Of a DNA stretch of 64,000 bases, positions 47,442-60,126 are shown piece by piece. Every line of letters begins with the position of its first letter. Position 1 is the stretch's first letter. This stretch comes from Scyliorhinus canicula (Eukaryota). The position numbers were made by a program, and so were the translations under genes. Under the pieces are notes generated by a model. It had not been told where the DNA came from, did no database searches, and was given only the letters and a program-made list of their open reading frames with translations. The stretch lies in NCBI RefSeq assembly GCF_902713615.1, contig NC_052161.1, positions 51,092,528-51,156,527 of the forward strand. The letters run 5' to 3'.

Positions 47442-48273
47442 GTAATGCATTAATGATATAAGAAAGCAAATCCCCTGAGAGGATTAGAGTTTGTGTTCAG
47501 GACCCGTATTGAGAACATGCAATATTAAAAACTATTCAGCAAAAATATAATTTTGCATAATATATATTCCAAAAGTAGTTTTTTAAGATTCACTGGTTAC
47601 ATTTGTAATGGCTCTGATGATTTTTTTAAAGTAGTGTGATTTTCATAATCAGGCAAGTGTCAGTACGGTAAAACTTCTGATAAAAGATAGATTAATTGAA
47701 TTAATGAGAGTTCCTTTGCAAACAAAATTCACTCCTACGAGTTAATAAAGTTTACAGCTACTTATCTGTGCAGCATGAATGATAGGAAAATGCTTGTTTA
47801 TTTGTGCAGTGTGCATGATAGCAATGTGCTTATTTGGAAGTCACTTTTATTAAATTCAATATCATGTTTTTTTCATCCTTTGTTTCACAAAATGGTTATC
47901 ATTTACTATGTTCTACTTTTTTGTGAAATCTAATTGAAATTTTTGTGTGTGAAATGCACTATTGTTTCTATAATTTTGTGAAATACTTTAATTTTTGAAG
48001 TGCTGTTAAGTGGAAATGGTAGAATATATATGATTCTGGTAATATTTCCAGACACTTCAAGATCATTTTGAGTTTCACAGGTACATAGTTTAACCAACAG
48101 ACTAGTACAACAATGAGGTATGTGACATTGCTTCCTACAGAAGGAGGATCTCCTTAATCTCCCCTAAAATCTCTGGGGTTGGGGGGAAATTAATTCTAAC
48201 ACTCCCATGTAGTAGTATTTCCCGACTTTGTTTCGAGAAAGTTTAATTTTTCACATTTCAGGTTCATTTCTGC

Positions 48274-48503
48274 TTTTTTTAAAAATAAATTTGGAGTACC
48301 CAATTAATTTTTTCCAATTAAGGGGCAATTAGTGTGGCCAATCCACCTACACTGCACATCTTGTGGGTTGTGGGGGCAAAACCCACGCAAACATGGGGAG
48401 AATGTGCAAACTCTATACGGACAGTGACCCAGGGCCGGGATCAAACCTGGGAACTTGTCGCCGTGAGGCAGCAATGCTAACCACTGCACCACTGTGCTGT
48501 CTG
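48274..48503 (-). mobile_element. V-SINE, short poly(A)-tailed variant
   Basis: Head, V core and AATTGGAAAAAATTAATTGGGTACTC tail on the - strand. Confidence 0.9.
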
Positions 48504-48664
48504 ACATTTTTGCATTAATTGAGAAACAGAACAGATGGGATAAAAAAAAGTCTAAGCTGATAAAGTGCAACCTGTTCAAAATTATTTTCTGCGTTTTGAG
48601 CAAAAGAAATAAAGATTTTTTTAAAACTCTAATTTACTAACTGAAATTGTTTCTCTTATTCCAG

Positions 48665-49602
48665 CAGTGTCAAAGTGTCAAGTAAAAACCCAACAACCAA
48701 ACAGCTTGTTAAAGCTATGAAAGACAAGAACCAAGGAGCTGCGCCCATTGAAGATATTAAGAGTAATGCCGTTGTCAAAGCGTCTGCAGTGAACTTTGAG
48801 AGTTTTGAGAGCAGCACACGCCCATCAGCAACTTTGGTAACTTCGCCTGTCCAGACTAAAATCAGTTCAATTTCATCTGTGAACCATTCTACCGTAGCAG
48901 GAAGCAAAACAAATCCATCACAAACAATTTCTTCGCAGCACCAGAAAATAAATTGCGATTCTGGTTCTTCAGCTATTTCCACTTTTCCAATAAACAATGA
49001 ACATCTTCTTCAGAACTCCAAAACACGGATACGAACTTCACCAACTGCTCAGCTGACTGTGCCAGAACAAGCAACAGTTATGCCGAGTACTCCTGGATGT
49101 GAGTTAAATAGACACTCACCAGAACCTATGATACTTTCAGAGATGCACTGCAGCAGAATCAGTGAGATCTCTCTAAACTCTATCAGATCACAGTTGCAGA
49201 ACCCTTCCAATCCTACACTTGATGGCTATGAGAATCAAACGCCCAATATGAAAATGTACACTCTATCAGAGTCTCCTAATAGCAGTTTTAAAGAATTTGT
49301 AGATTTTGACAGTGTTGCCTCAGTGATATCATTGTCTGAGACATGTTATTTTGCACAGGAGATATTGGATACTGGAAATGAAATAAAACCACTCACTGCT
49401 GTTGCAAACATTACTGCGGAGGTTTCAGAAAATGTCCACTTACCTTCTGCATGCATCTCATCATGTTGTCATGACAATTTAATGGCAATAACTTCATCAA
49501 GCCCAGCACCAATCAGTCTGTTACAGAAAGCAGTTCACCTCATTAAAGAAGAATTTGCATTTGATGGTTACTTAGAGAATGGTGAAGAAGCCCATGCCAT
49601 GG
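48665..49602 (+). CDS. KNDC1: KNDC1 large Ser/Thr-rich coding exon (about exon 14), ending LQKAVHLIKEEFAFDGYLENGEEAHAM
   Basis: TACTAAC branch point 48635-48641, CAGCAG acceptor, donor G|gtagat; phase 2/1; human LQEATRLIQEEFAFDGYLDNGLEALIM. Confidence 0.93.
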
Positions 49603-51337
49603 GTAGATGATCTTTATTTTAACATAGAAATTATTTTATGAATAATTATATTAAGTAGGAACATCTTAACTTTTTTTAACACGAGTTTTTGTTGAATTTT
49701 TAAAAAAATATTTGCTTTAATTTTGTTAAATATCCTAAAGTGGTAGCTAAAGCATTGGTTATGTTGACCCCGATTTTTAACTTCGTAGTACACAGGGAGC
49801 ACGTACGTCGTTAAAATGGCATTCAGAAGGTTTGCACTTCATTCCCATGCACTACAATTTTAACCCATAATATTTTAGGCATGGGAATCATTCTGCCCAG
49901 GCAGATGGGGCCTGCTTAATATGCTGAAGTCATGATGTCATTGAAATGTGATTTACCATTATGGGATAGCAAATCTTACCAGTGAAACCTGTCAGGAGAC
50001 AGCTGAATAGCCATGAATTTTTGGTGAATATGTAAAAAGAAAAAAGAAAATTATTTGTAGGCTACAAAAAGCAGACTGCTCATTGGAGCCTTGCAGGGAA
50101 TCTTTAAGCCTCCCCCTCCCACCCACCACCAGCATGTCTTTTGAGACTCCACTTCCCGCCACTAATCTTACCCGGAACTATTCCTTTGAGCCTGCAGTGG
50201 TATCAGTCTCCTGGCAGATTTCCTGCTCCCGCCCACCATCGATCAGCCCTACTGTGTTTCCTTGGGCAATAGAGTTGACATGTTTATGTGAATGAGCCTT
50301 GGAGTTAAAATGGCCCCGGCCTCACACTTGGGGGTCTCATTGATATGAAAATATTGCAGACTATTGACAGTGCAGTCCTGATCGATATCTTTGAGTAGAA
50401 ACAATCAGGGATCAAAATGAAAAATCTTGATCAGAAATTAATAAGGAAAATGTCATCTAAATTTGTGGCTAGCCATGAATTCAATGAATGGCTTTGGTTG
50501 CTGTGTGTGCATATCTGTAAACAGATGTGTTGCTTATAACAGAATATTAATCCTTTTTAACTTCAGTGAATTTTCAGTACATCTTATGGGTTTTCCCAAA
50601 GCATGACTTGCCGGTCTATAATAGTGAGGTATGGCACTTAGTAAACGTTTTTAAATTTACAAAATGCTGTTGACTTCATTTTTTGGCTGCTAAAAGTCTG
50701 CAGCATACCATTAAATGCATCATCCAGTCTGCACGTGTTACCATTTGGTTGCTGGCTCTGTTTTTCTTATTGCTTACAGCTTTTGAACTCAGTGTATTGG
50801 CAGAGTGTTATCATATTCACTATCTGGACAATTCTGGACAATTTGCCTTCTGCTCGTGTATTCCCTCCCCCATTTTGTTCCACTGAGATTTGCTCTGCCA
50901 ACTGCCCAGGTGGTGAAGACAAAAATTCTGTTCCAGTGTGTCTTTCTTTTCATTGCTGAAGTTATTTTTGGTTTACTTAGAAACAATTTGAATAATCTTC
51001 TGGATTTTTGTTTTAAATCAAAAAAAATTCCAGTTATTCCAATAAATGAAAATTGTGTTTTGATTGGTGCTATTCTTGGTTGGAAGGTCTTATTTTGTAC
51101 AGTAATTTCATACAAGAGGAAAAATACAGTATTTGAATCATCAATGCCCATCTGAACAAACATTTGCATTTGTATACGAGAGGCAAATCTCAAAAGTTGG
51201 TTTCAATTCAAATGTCTTACTAAGAATATATTATTCTGGGCTGGTTACAAGCTGCAATATTAATTTTAAGATTTTTTTAGCCAAATGATAATATTGCATT
51301 GTTGAAATTGATTTAGCCTTCTGATTTTTTTTATAAG

Positions 51338-51485
51338 GTGAGTACATCTTATCCTTGAAAAGTCTTAAGTTCAGTACATTCAATAGTGCGATATCGGAGA
51401 AGTTTTATGACCTCTACTGGGATGATAAACTACTGGAACAACTTTATGAGGTAGTTAATGGGAATCCTCCTCCTCCTGCACCATT
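51338..51485 (+). CDS. KNDC1: KNDC1 coding exon (about exon 15): (G)EYILSLKSLKFSTFNSAISEKFYDLYWDDKLLEQLYEVVNGNPPPPAP
   Basis: aag|...TT|gtaagt, phase 1/2; human GEYIFALKDLTFATFCGAISEKFCDLYWDEKLLQNLFKVVNG. Confidence 0.96.
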
Positions 51486-53322
51486 GTAAGTATCCACTTA
51501 TGCATACAATTCTATCTTTTAAGAAAATCTCTGCACAAACTAAACGTCCTGGACAATCCTTCAGGTTGTGATCCTGTTAATGTTACATGGACATGTCTTC
51601 CTGCAGAACTCAGCAACTGACCCCTCCAAAGTTCATGGAGTGAGGACAAGGAAACTTGCAGGAGCAGGCTTTGCCACCTCCATTGCTATAGGTCCCAGAA
51701 AACTGTAGCTGTGTAGTCACAGGAAGGGTCTTGGTATCCACCCTCACTCCTCCACAAGAACAATCAGCCTTCCTCAAGGGTTCCCTTCATTACTTGAGGA
51801 ACGAAGGTAAAAGCAGTAAAAATGGGAAAATAAGAATACTGGTCCCAACGGTTTTTTACTATTGGGCATCCTACGCGGCCTGAAACAGCAAATGGGCCCC
51901 ACTCCAAACCTCCTTTGGCCAGGCATGTTTGATCAAAGCAGGCCCTACATTCACCAATCGCACACTGAGTCCCAATTGAAAGCCAGGAACTCACAACTTA
52001 GGACGTCCTTGATTACCTTTATTCCATGGTCATGTCGGGGGAGAGGGTATGCAGATGCCCACATATCATCCCAGAATTTTGTACTTCAGGTTTACAGTCA
52101 CCTTAAAGAACTCCCATTAAAATTGGTGGGTGTCCATTTGAATATTCACATAATTTCCAGGTCATTTTGGAGGTAGATATAGGTTTAGAGATGCCTCAAG
52201 CTTTAATATGCTTAAAGTTCAGTTTGAACATGCAAGCTTAGAAATTCAGCTGTGCAGACCCTGTTTTTCAAGTGTCATACTCCTTACTAAAGCCTCCAAT
52301 ATGAAAGGAAGATAGCACGTTCCTGTTATGGGACAGCAGCCCATCTCCCTCCATGTTGGTTAAGCTCAAAAATCTCTGTGAGTTGTGCGCATGCCTGAAG
52401 CAGTTGCTCCTCCTGTTTGCAGATGCAAACAAGGACCATGGCTTCTGCTTGAGACACCCAATCCGCACCCTGAATTAACCAACAAAATCAGCAAAGCCAT
52501 GCAGGCCGACCCATGAGGCCCAACACATGGACTTAAAGGGACTGTTCCTGCAGGCTGCAAGCAATGAAAAAAGCTTAACCAAATGTGGACTAGGAGGAGT
52601 CTGGAAACAATGTGGCATCTAAGCAGAAATGCTCCTAGAAGAACACACTGCACTGCTGGCAAGCCTTGGTATTACTGCAGTTCCCCTATTGATCATTTTT
52701 CCTGCAGCTTTTACTTGGCATCAGTCACTGACTTCCCAGGACTTTGTAACAAAATGCATTTTTGCATCAAAGTTTTAAAAATGTACTGTCTAAATTTCAT
52801 GTAAAGTTAAGTTGCATTTTTAATCTGTGAACAAATATCACCTTTTGTGCAATTTTAATCAGTAATTTACTTAATATTACCTTATTCTGGGTGAAATTGG
52901 CTTTACCTAGAATACAGATTGCCTGGTGCCCTTGTACATGAACTTTACAATGCATTGAAGACGTTTTGTGTGGTTGTTGGATGGCCATTAATACTGAAAC
53001 TGCTTGTATAATTATCCCCTCGGCAAGGTTTCTGTTGAATCTCCTGAAAACATGGTTGATTAAAACTTAAATCTGTTACATCATAATTTGCACTTAATGG
53101 TATAATATTGCAAAGTGAATGTGCCCTGGTGTGGTCAAATTATCAGGCTGCGATAATACATAAATTTCCCAAGCTGGAAGTGTAGCTAATTGGAAATACT
53201 TCGTTTTTTGAAAGGAGTTCTTAAAGGATTACCTTCTTCATTATATTTCTTACATTGCTGAAATCATGTTAAATACACTTAATTGGCAGTAAAGCAATTT
53301 GGGAGGCCCTGCGGTCATAAAA

Positions 53323-53680
53323 GGGGGTAGGCAGTGGCAAGGTGGTATTGTCGCTGGGCTTGTAATCCAGAGAGCCAGAGTCATGTTCTGGGGACCCGGG
53401 TTCGAATCCCACCATGGCAGATGGTGAAATTTGAATTCGATAACAAAGTCATGAATTGAAAGTTTAAAGGTGTCCATGAAATCATTGTCGATTGTCAGAA
53501 AAAAACCAATCTGGTTCACTAATGTCCTTTAGGAAAGGAAATCTGTTGTTCTTACCTGGTCTGGCCTAATTGTGACTCCAGATCCACAGCAATGTGGTTG
53601 ACTCTTAAATGCCCTCAGGAATAAACAATAAGTGCTGGCCCAGCCTGCGACGCCCACATCCCATGAATACATTTTTTAAA
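53323..53680 (+). mobile_element. tRNA-derived SINE (SlmI/MetaSINE-like by recollection)
   Basis: GGGTTCGAATCCC B box; central domain shared with 22957-23310; tail TGCTGGCC..GCGACGCCCACATCCCATGAAT. Confidence 0.78.
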
Positions 53681-54149
53681 GGTGCAACTTAAATGCAAGT
53701 CTTGCTTTCAACTTCCTTTCATTAACCTTCCTGTAACATAGATAGGCAGTAATGGTATCATTTGATTAAATAAAATCACTTTCAATATTTACCACATGGT
53801 ACATATAACTATTGCAGCTTCAGAGCTATGAAGGGAAGAGAAAATTACATCTTGAAGCCATCATTTAATCAATCCAAGATCATTTTTTCTGTATTACTCT
53901 GTGCTCTAGTAGGGCCAGGGAGATTCTCAAAGTTGTTTAAATGTTAGAGCACTGAGCAAATACTTCTCCTTGCGCTTCCTTCACACTGCATTCTGGTATA
54001 TGCTGCCTCCGGTTTTGTTTACTATCACTTACCCGCCTCAAAATCTTCAATCTTTCATCTTTAATCATCCTTTCTCATTTCTTGGCTTCCAGTAGTTTTC
54101 TGTCTTTGTGAAGCACATCGGCATTTTGATTCCATTGTTTTGATTTTTA

Positions 54150-55785
54150 CTACATTAACTGGGGTAGGCCCAGGAGGTGTGTTCAGTCACCCTTTCAATG
54201 ACATTAGTTATGGATTCAAGAGTTCAATAATCCGCTCGACTTTGTGGGCCATGAATGGACGAAGCTGGCAGGAAAGCTGGTACTCCATCAGATTTCCTGC
54301 ACCATCTTGGTCCATTGGCAAAACAATGGCCAGCATTGTTTAAACTTTTGAACTCTGTTGGAGAACGACTTTATTCCCCAATTCTGACATGAGGTGGTGG
54401 TAATAACCCTCCTAATACCAGGAAATCCAGCAGATGACCCTGGGAGCTAAGGGGCCATTTCATTGCTCTGCACAACCTATAAGCTCTTGGAGTGGCGCAT
54501 TGAGGCTGATTTTCATCACAAACACTGGAGCCTGGGGATGGCACGGTAGCGCAGTGGTTATCACTGCTGTCTCACGGCACCGAAGATCCAGGTTCTATCC
54601 CCGACCAAGTCACTGTCCATGTCCGTGTAGAGTTTCCACATTCTCCACGTGTCTGCGTGTTTCATCTCACAACCCAAAGATGTGCAGGTGGGTGGATTGG
54701 TCACGCTAAATTGCCCCTTAATTGGAAATAAGGAGTAAGTTGGCACGTCAAAAAAAATTATTAAAAATTTATAAAAATAAAACAAAGACTGGAGCCACTT
54801 TCACAGACCTTTCCTGAGCCCAGGGCACAGTGTTGAAACATGGACTGATGCTCAGACTGTCCCTGCAGCTTCTGCCAATTGTCAAATTATTCCGGCTGCC
54901 ATGGACATCTGAGTAACAAAGGATGAAGGTTGACCTATGAGACAAGCTCAGCACAGAACACGCAGCAATGGTCTCCCGCAGGACAGCATCCCGGCACCAA
55001 CACTTTTTAGCATCTAAATAAATATCTATATGATCTGCCCACCACATCATCGTGCATTTACTTCAATGATAAAACCTTGACAACTCTGGCAAAAGTTTTC
55101 CAGGATATGGAAGCCACGCTAAACTCTGACTGAAATGGCTGAATCTTTCTACAAATGGAGACTACAATCAAACCGAGCTGAGTCCATCGTCTCTGCATTC
55201 CACATTGAAAATCACAAGGCACACAACACCCAAAATGTTACCTTCTGTGGAGAAAGAGTGTAGCATGATCCGACTCTCACCTATTAATCTTGCAATGACC
55301 GTTAACTGCTCCCTAACCTACCAGCACCACCTTCAAAAAACGAGTGAACATCATCTGTAAGGTCACCAGCATTCGCTCTTATTCCTTTGTGCTGCTGCCA
55401 TAGCTCTGCTCTTCTCTGGAACTGAGTACTGTGCATCCGGATGGGCCTCAAGTCGTCTCACCAAACCGATTGACACACATTCACTCATGAGGATGACCTC
55501 TAGGACTTTGAGATCAACTCCAGTTCTGTGGGTACCAGTCATCTCAAACATTGCTCCTCCCTCCATTCGACAGAATGTAGCAGCACACAGAGAAATGACC
55601 CATCTCAACAGCAACTTGGACCTCCCCATCCATAGAGACCCTCCAGACCCCCCCCCCCAACTCACAACATGGCTCTATGAAACCCCCTCCAGATACAAAT
55701 CAAACATCTCCAACTCCAGAACACTGCTGAAACTTGGAGGAAAGCTTGGGCGTGAAACTCCATTCCAAATAAGCACATTGGCCCA
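54150..55785 (+). pseudogene. Heavily decayed non-LTR retrotransposon RT region, Ingi/Vingi-like
   Basis: Broken-frame remnants: PGNPADDPGS..SLLCTTYKLLE; KHGLMLRL; NGLPQDSIPAPTLF; TEYCASGWASS; MRMTSRTLRSTPVLWVPVISNIAPPSIR. Confidence 0.7.
54533..54781 (+). mobile_element. V-SINE, short poly(A)-tailed variant, inserted in the Vingi-like fossil
   Basis: 15-bp TSD ACAAA(C/G)ACTGGAGCC. Confidence 0.9.
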
Positions 55786-55791
55786 GATTTA

Positions 55792-56107
55792 GGGCAGCAC
55801 GGTAGCACAAGTGATTAGCACTGTGGCTTCACAGCGCCAGGGTCCTAGGTTCGATTCCCTGCTGGGTCACTGTCTGTGCAGAGTCTGCACGTTCTCCCCT
55901 TGTCTGCGTGGGTTTCCTCCGGGTGCTCCGGTTTCCTCCCACAGTCCAAAGACGTGCAGGTTAGGTGGATTGGCCATGGTAAATTGCCCTTAGTGACCAA
56001 AAACTGTTAGGAGGGGTTATTGGGTTACGGGGATAGGGCTTAAGTGGATTGGTGCAGACTCGATGGGCCGAATGGCCTCCTTCTGCACTGTATGTTCTAT
56101 GTTCTAT
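55792..56107 (+). mobile_element. V-SINE (HE1-like), CR1-tailed
   Basis: Full core CTGCGTGGGTTTCCTCCGGGTGCTCCGGTTTCCTCCCACAGTCCAAAGA; tail GGGCCGAATGGCCTCCTTCTGCACTG(TATGTTC)n. Confidence 0.93.
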
Positions 56108-56902
56108 TTGTGCTCCTGTTCAGATGTGCAGAGACAGGAGAATTCTTATGGTTGACCAAGGTGTTTTGAATTGGGGTCTTTTTGGCAACATGGATGATTA
56201 ATAACACACTGCACCTGAGGGAAGGCTCTTAATTGGGCAAAGGCTCTAGCTCTCCACATCTGAGACATCAAATCTATAGGGAAATTAATGTGATCCCCCA
56301 CATGAGCAAACAAGGCATTAGTTACACCCCAAATAGAGCTGCATGCTGCTGACTGGGATATTCAGATAGGTTTCCTGGTGATCTCTGGAAATATCAGGAA
56401 GCTTAGTAGTTGAGAGCAATAGTTAGCTTCACACTCACTCTCAAGGCACGGGGTCGAGTGGGGGGGGGGGGGTGGCTTGAGGTGCTGCCGATTCATGCAA
56501 CATGTGCCTGTCTCTGGTAAAATGTGCTTGCGTGAAACAAAACCCCTCCCCCATTTCTATCTCCGTGAAAATGGGGAATTCCATGTGGAACTTACAAATT
56601 TGCAGCAGTCCCGCTATTTTTGCTTCATCGATGAAGCAGTCTGTTAGTAAATTTGGGCCATTGTCTCCGACCTCACATCTCAGCAACCAGGCTCCCATCT
56701 TGCCCCCCCCCCCCACCGAAGCACGTGGATAATCCTCAGTAGAATATGGACTGGGCATGGCTGATGTGACCACCTGATGCACAAGCAATAACCCACCTGG
56801 CTACAACTGCGGAAACCCTGTAACACATTATAACATCTTACCCTCAAACATGAGTCAAGAGTGGCATCCTGGAGTTACAATTGCTCTCCAACAGGAGAGG
56901 CT

Positions 56903-57097
56903 GGGGCTGTTTAGCACAGGGCTAAATCGCTGGCTTTGAAAGAAGGCCAAGGCAGGCCAGCAGCATGGTTCGATTCCCATAACAGCCTTCCCGAACAGGC
57001 GCCTGAATGTGGCGACTAGGGGCTTTTCACAGTAACTTCATTGAAGCCTACTCGTGACAATAAGCGATTTTCATTTTCATTTCATTTTTTCATTTCA
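56903..57097 (+). mobile_element. Short tRNA-derived SINE with (TTTCA)n tail
   Basis: Homologous to 10478-10655. Confidence 0.88.
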
Positions 57098-58889
57098 ATT
57101 GGACTGGTTAGGGAACTTCACATTAAAACTGTGACAGCAGAGTCTGCACCTAAAACCAAACAAATGAAAATATTACTTTGCTGGTGTTCTCTCTCTCTAC
57201 ATTGTTTTATTGTAAACAGATAGACAAGCGATTTGATAAAGGCCTCTGAAACTTTATTTTCAGGATAAATTTAGTGAGCCTAAAGATCATAGTCCATGGG
57301 CAAAACATACATTTTCCTACAGGATTTTTAAGGGGCATCAATTTAGTCATCGTGCAGTTATGTATTCAGGAATGCAGCAGCTTCCAGTTTAGTTGCCATG
57401 AGAACACAAGTGTATCCTAGGCAACCTGGCTTAGATAAATTTTAAATGAGAGTGCACAAGAACAACAATTTGTGTCGCTTTCCAAGCAAAGCATTTATTC
57501 GATTAAAAGCAAGATTAATGTTTCTGATCAGTTTTGTAATTGAACCAATTCCTCAATTAATTTACAAGATCATTTAATACCCATTTCTTAAAGCATCAAC
57601 AATATGTAACATTATGAAACACATCTATTATGTGACCCCAGATCTGGATACAGTTGTTACATAGTTTGAGAAATTTTTATTGTAACTTGGTGTAAAGATT
57701 TCCCGAAGTTGTAAAACGTCAAATGGAGGCATGTCATCTAAACATTATGTGGTCTCCACATTATGAAAACCATAGTTAATTTTTGGAAATACATTGAAAT
57801 ACATCAAAAGCTTTTCTCTAGATTTTCAAAAGGAATTTCAACGGCAGGACAATTGTTGAACATTTTGAAGTTTATATGTTCCATAATATTAAAGTATAAT
57901 AAAATATTACAAAGCAATAATCCCAATCAGACTATGACCAGGATTCCAAAATCCCATGAGAGGTCAAAAGTGAGAATCTCACCAGCGAAATCTCGCGGTG
58001 TGATTGTCCCGCCCCCGGCGTTGACATAATGAAAAAGGTTGGGAACCTCATTTAAATATATCATCATCTTATTAGACGGCCTCCCCATTGTATCATTCCA
58101 CCCACATTTGGATTTTTTCCCATCGCTGAGGTGTACAACAGGCCTGGAGCAACATGAACCAGGCGAAGGGACCACGCAGATGGGAGAGGGACATGGCCAT
58201 GCAGTGCCATAGTACTGCTTCCTGGTGCCGGCCCCTGGCATCACCTCTTGGCACTGACCTCTAGCACTCCCCCATGCAGTGCAATGGGGGGGGGGGGGGG
58301 GGGACCTCTGGCAAGTTCCCGGTTTATGTGGGCGGATCCCCTGTTTGTATGAGGGAGGTTTTTGCGTACAACTGGGGGTGGGTGAGTGGTGGGTTCTTGC
58401 CTGTGTTGGAGGCGGATAATCTTTGGGATTTTCTTATCAGAGATCAGTGTGAACGAGTGGGGCATGCCTTCTGGATTTTTCTTCTTCTAAGTGCTGGACA
58501 AAATGACAAGAAGAGCCAGTTGTGCAGCCAGTGAGATGCATTCTGCTTTTCCAGCCTGGCCCAGCACTTCGAAGAAAAAATGGATAATTCCAACCAATAT
58601 ATTTTAACACATAGCAAATCTCTGTCCCTAACCATCAATTGAAATAGGTACACTGGTAAAGATGACTTCAAAGCTATGACCTACAAACGGGTTTTAATGC
58701 GATTGAGGGTGAAATTTGATTAGAAAAATATTTTCCTGAGCACAAATATTACCCAGAGCAGTGATGGATTCAATATGTGCAGTTGATTGTAAGTACTGCT
58801 TAAATGAAGCAAACATTGATGGCACAGGCTACAGATAAACTTGGCTTTGGGGCTAAATGTCCTTTTTCTGTTCACATTACTCAGAAAAT

Positions 58890-59490
58890 AAAAGAACCAA
58901 GGATATTACAGTGCAGGAACAGAACCTTCGGCCCACCAACCATGTGCCAATCCAGATTCCTTATTTAGGTCTATGACTTATTGCCCAAATGATCTGTATC
59001 CCTCCAGTCCCTGCCCGTTCATATATTTATCAAGATACATCTTAAAATTTGCTATCGTGCCTGCCTCCACCACCTCCACGGGTATCGAGTTCCAGGCACC
59101 CACCACCCTCTGCATGAAAAACTTTCCCTGCGCATCTCCCCTAAACTTTCCCCCTCTCACCTTGAACCTGTGCCCCTTTGTAATTGAATCTTCCACTCTG
59201 GGAAAAAGCTTCTGACTGGACACCCTGTCTACACCTTTCGTAATTTTGTCAACCTCAATCAGGTCTCCCCTCAGCCTTTGTCTTTCCAACGAAAACAATC
59301 TGAGTTTATTCAACCTCGCCTCTTAGCTAACACCTTCCAGACCAGGCAACATCCTGGTAAACTTTCTTTGCACGCTCTCCAAAACATCCATGTCCTTCTG
59401 GTAATGGCGACCAGAACTGCACGCAATATTCGATAAATCTGGCTTAACTAATGTTTTATCCAACTGTAACATGACCTGCCAACTCTTCTG
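58890..59490 (-). mobile_element. CR1 3' fragment
   Basis: ORF 58978-59313 LFSLERQRLRGDLIEV..RVVGAWNS. Confidence 0.9.
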
Positions 59491-60126
59491 CTCAAGAATG
59501 ATATTCAGATTGCTGCAGAGGATATTTAAAGAGATTTATGATGTTATTAGGATGATGCTCTAGTTCTCCAACCATTGCCAAGCAGAAATCAACAGAACCA
59601 ATAAAATGTTGAACTGCACAGTCAAAGTCTGACACACATTTTGGCAACCCATCTCAATCTGAGCCAATTAGTTGCGTCCCCTTTTTTAAAATTTCTCTCG
59701 GCCCATTTTAGAACATCTGTCCTGTCTCCCCGTCCTCTTGTCATCCATTCATGAAAGCTTTTGATTCTTTCCTCTTTTTATGCCACTCTCCATATGAGGG
59801 TAAACCCATTTGGACCTTCACTCTGTGCCTTCCTTGACATTCTCTGAAGGGCCCTTTAAAGCACCAGTACTTCATAATGACAACCCCGTACTCCTCTCCA
59901 CCTTCCTATCCACCACAGCCACCCATGCAACCAACTTTCCAGCACAATTATTCACCCACCACTACTTCCTTGGATTCTGCCAATGAATCACTCACAATCT
60001 CCTGCACAGTTCCCTCAGATGGCCTGTTCACTCATGAACAAGGCTATGCCACCTATAGCCTTCTTGTTGATAATTGCACTGAAATCCTGACTTTGATTGT
60101 GATGTACCCAGCCTGTGCCAACACAT

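Noticed and set aside
57264-57420. Good-looking acceptor TTTATTTTCAG as the next KNDC1 exon
   Set aside because: The required frame gives no KNDC1-like peptide and reaches a stop; the next exon is probably beyond the window
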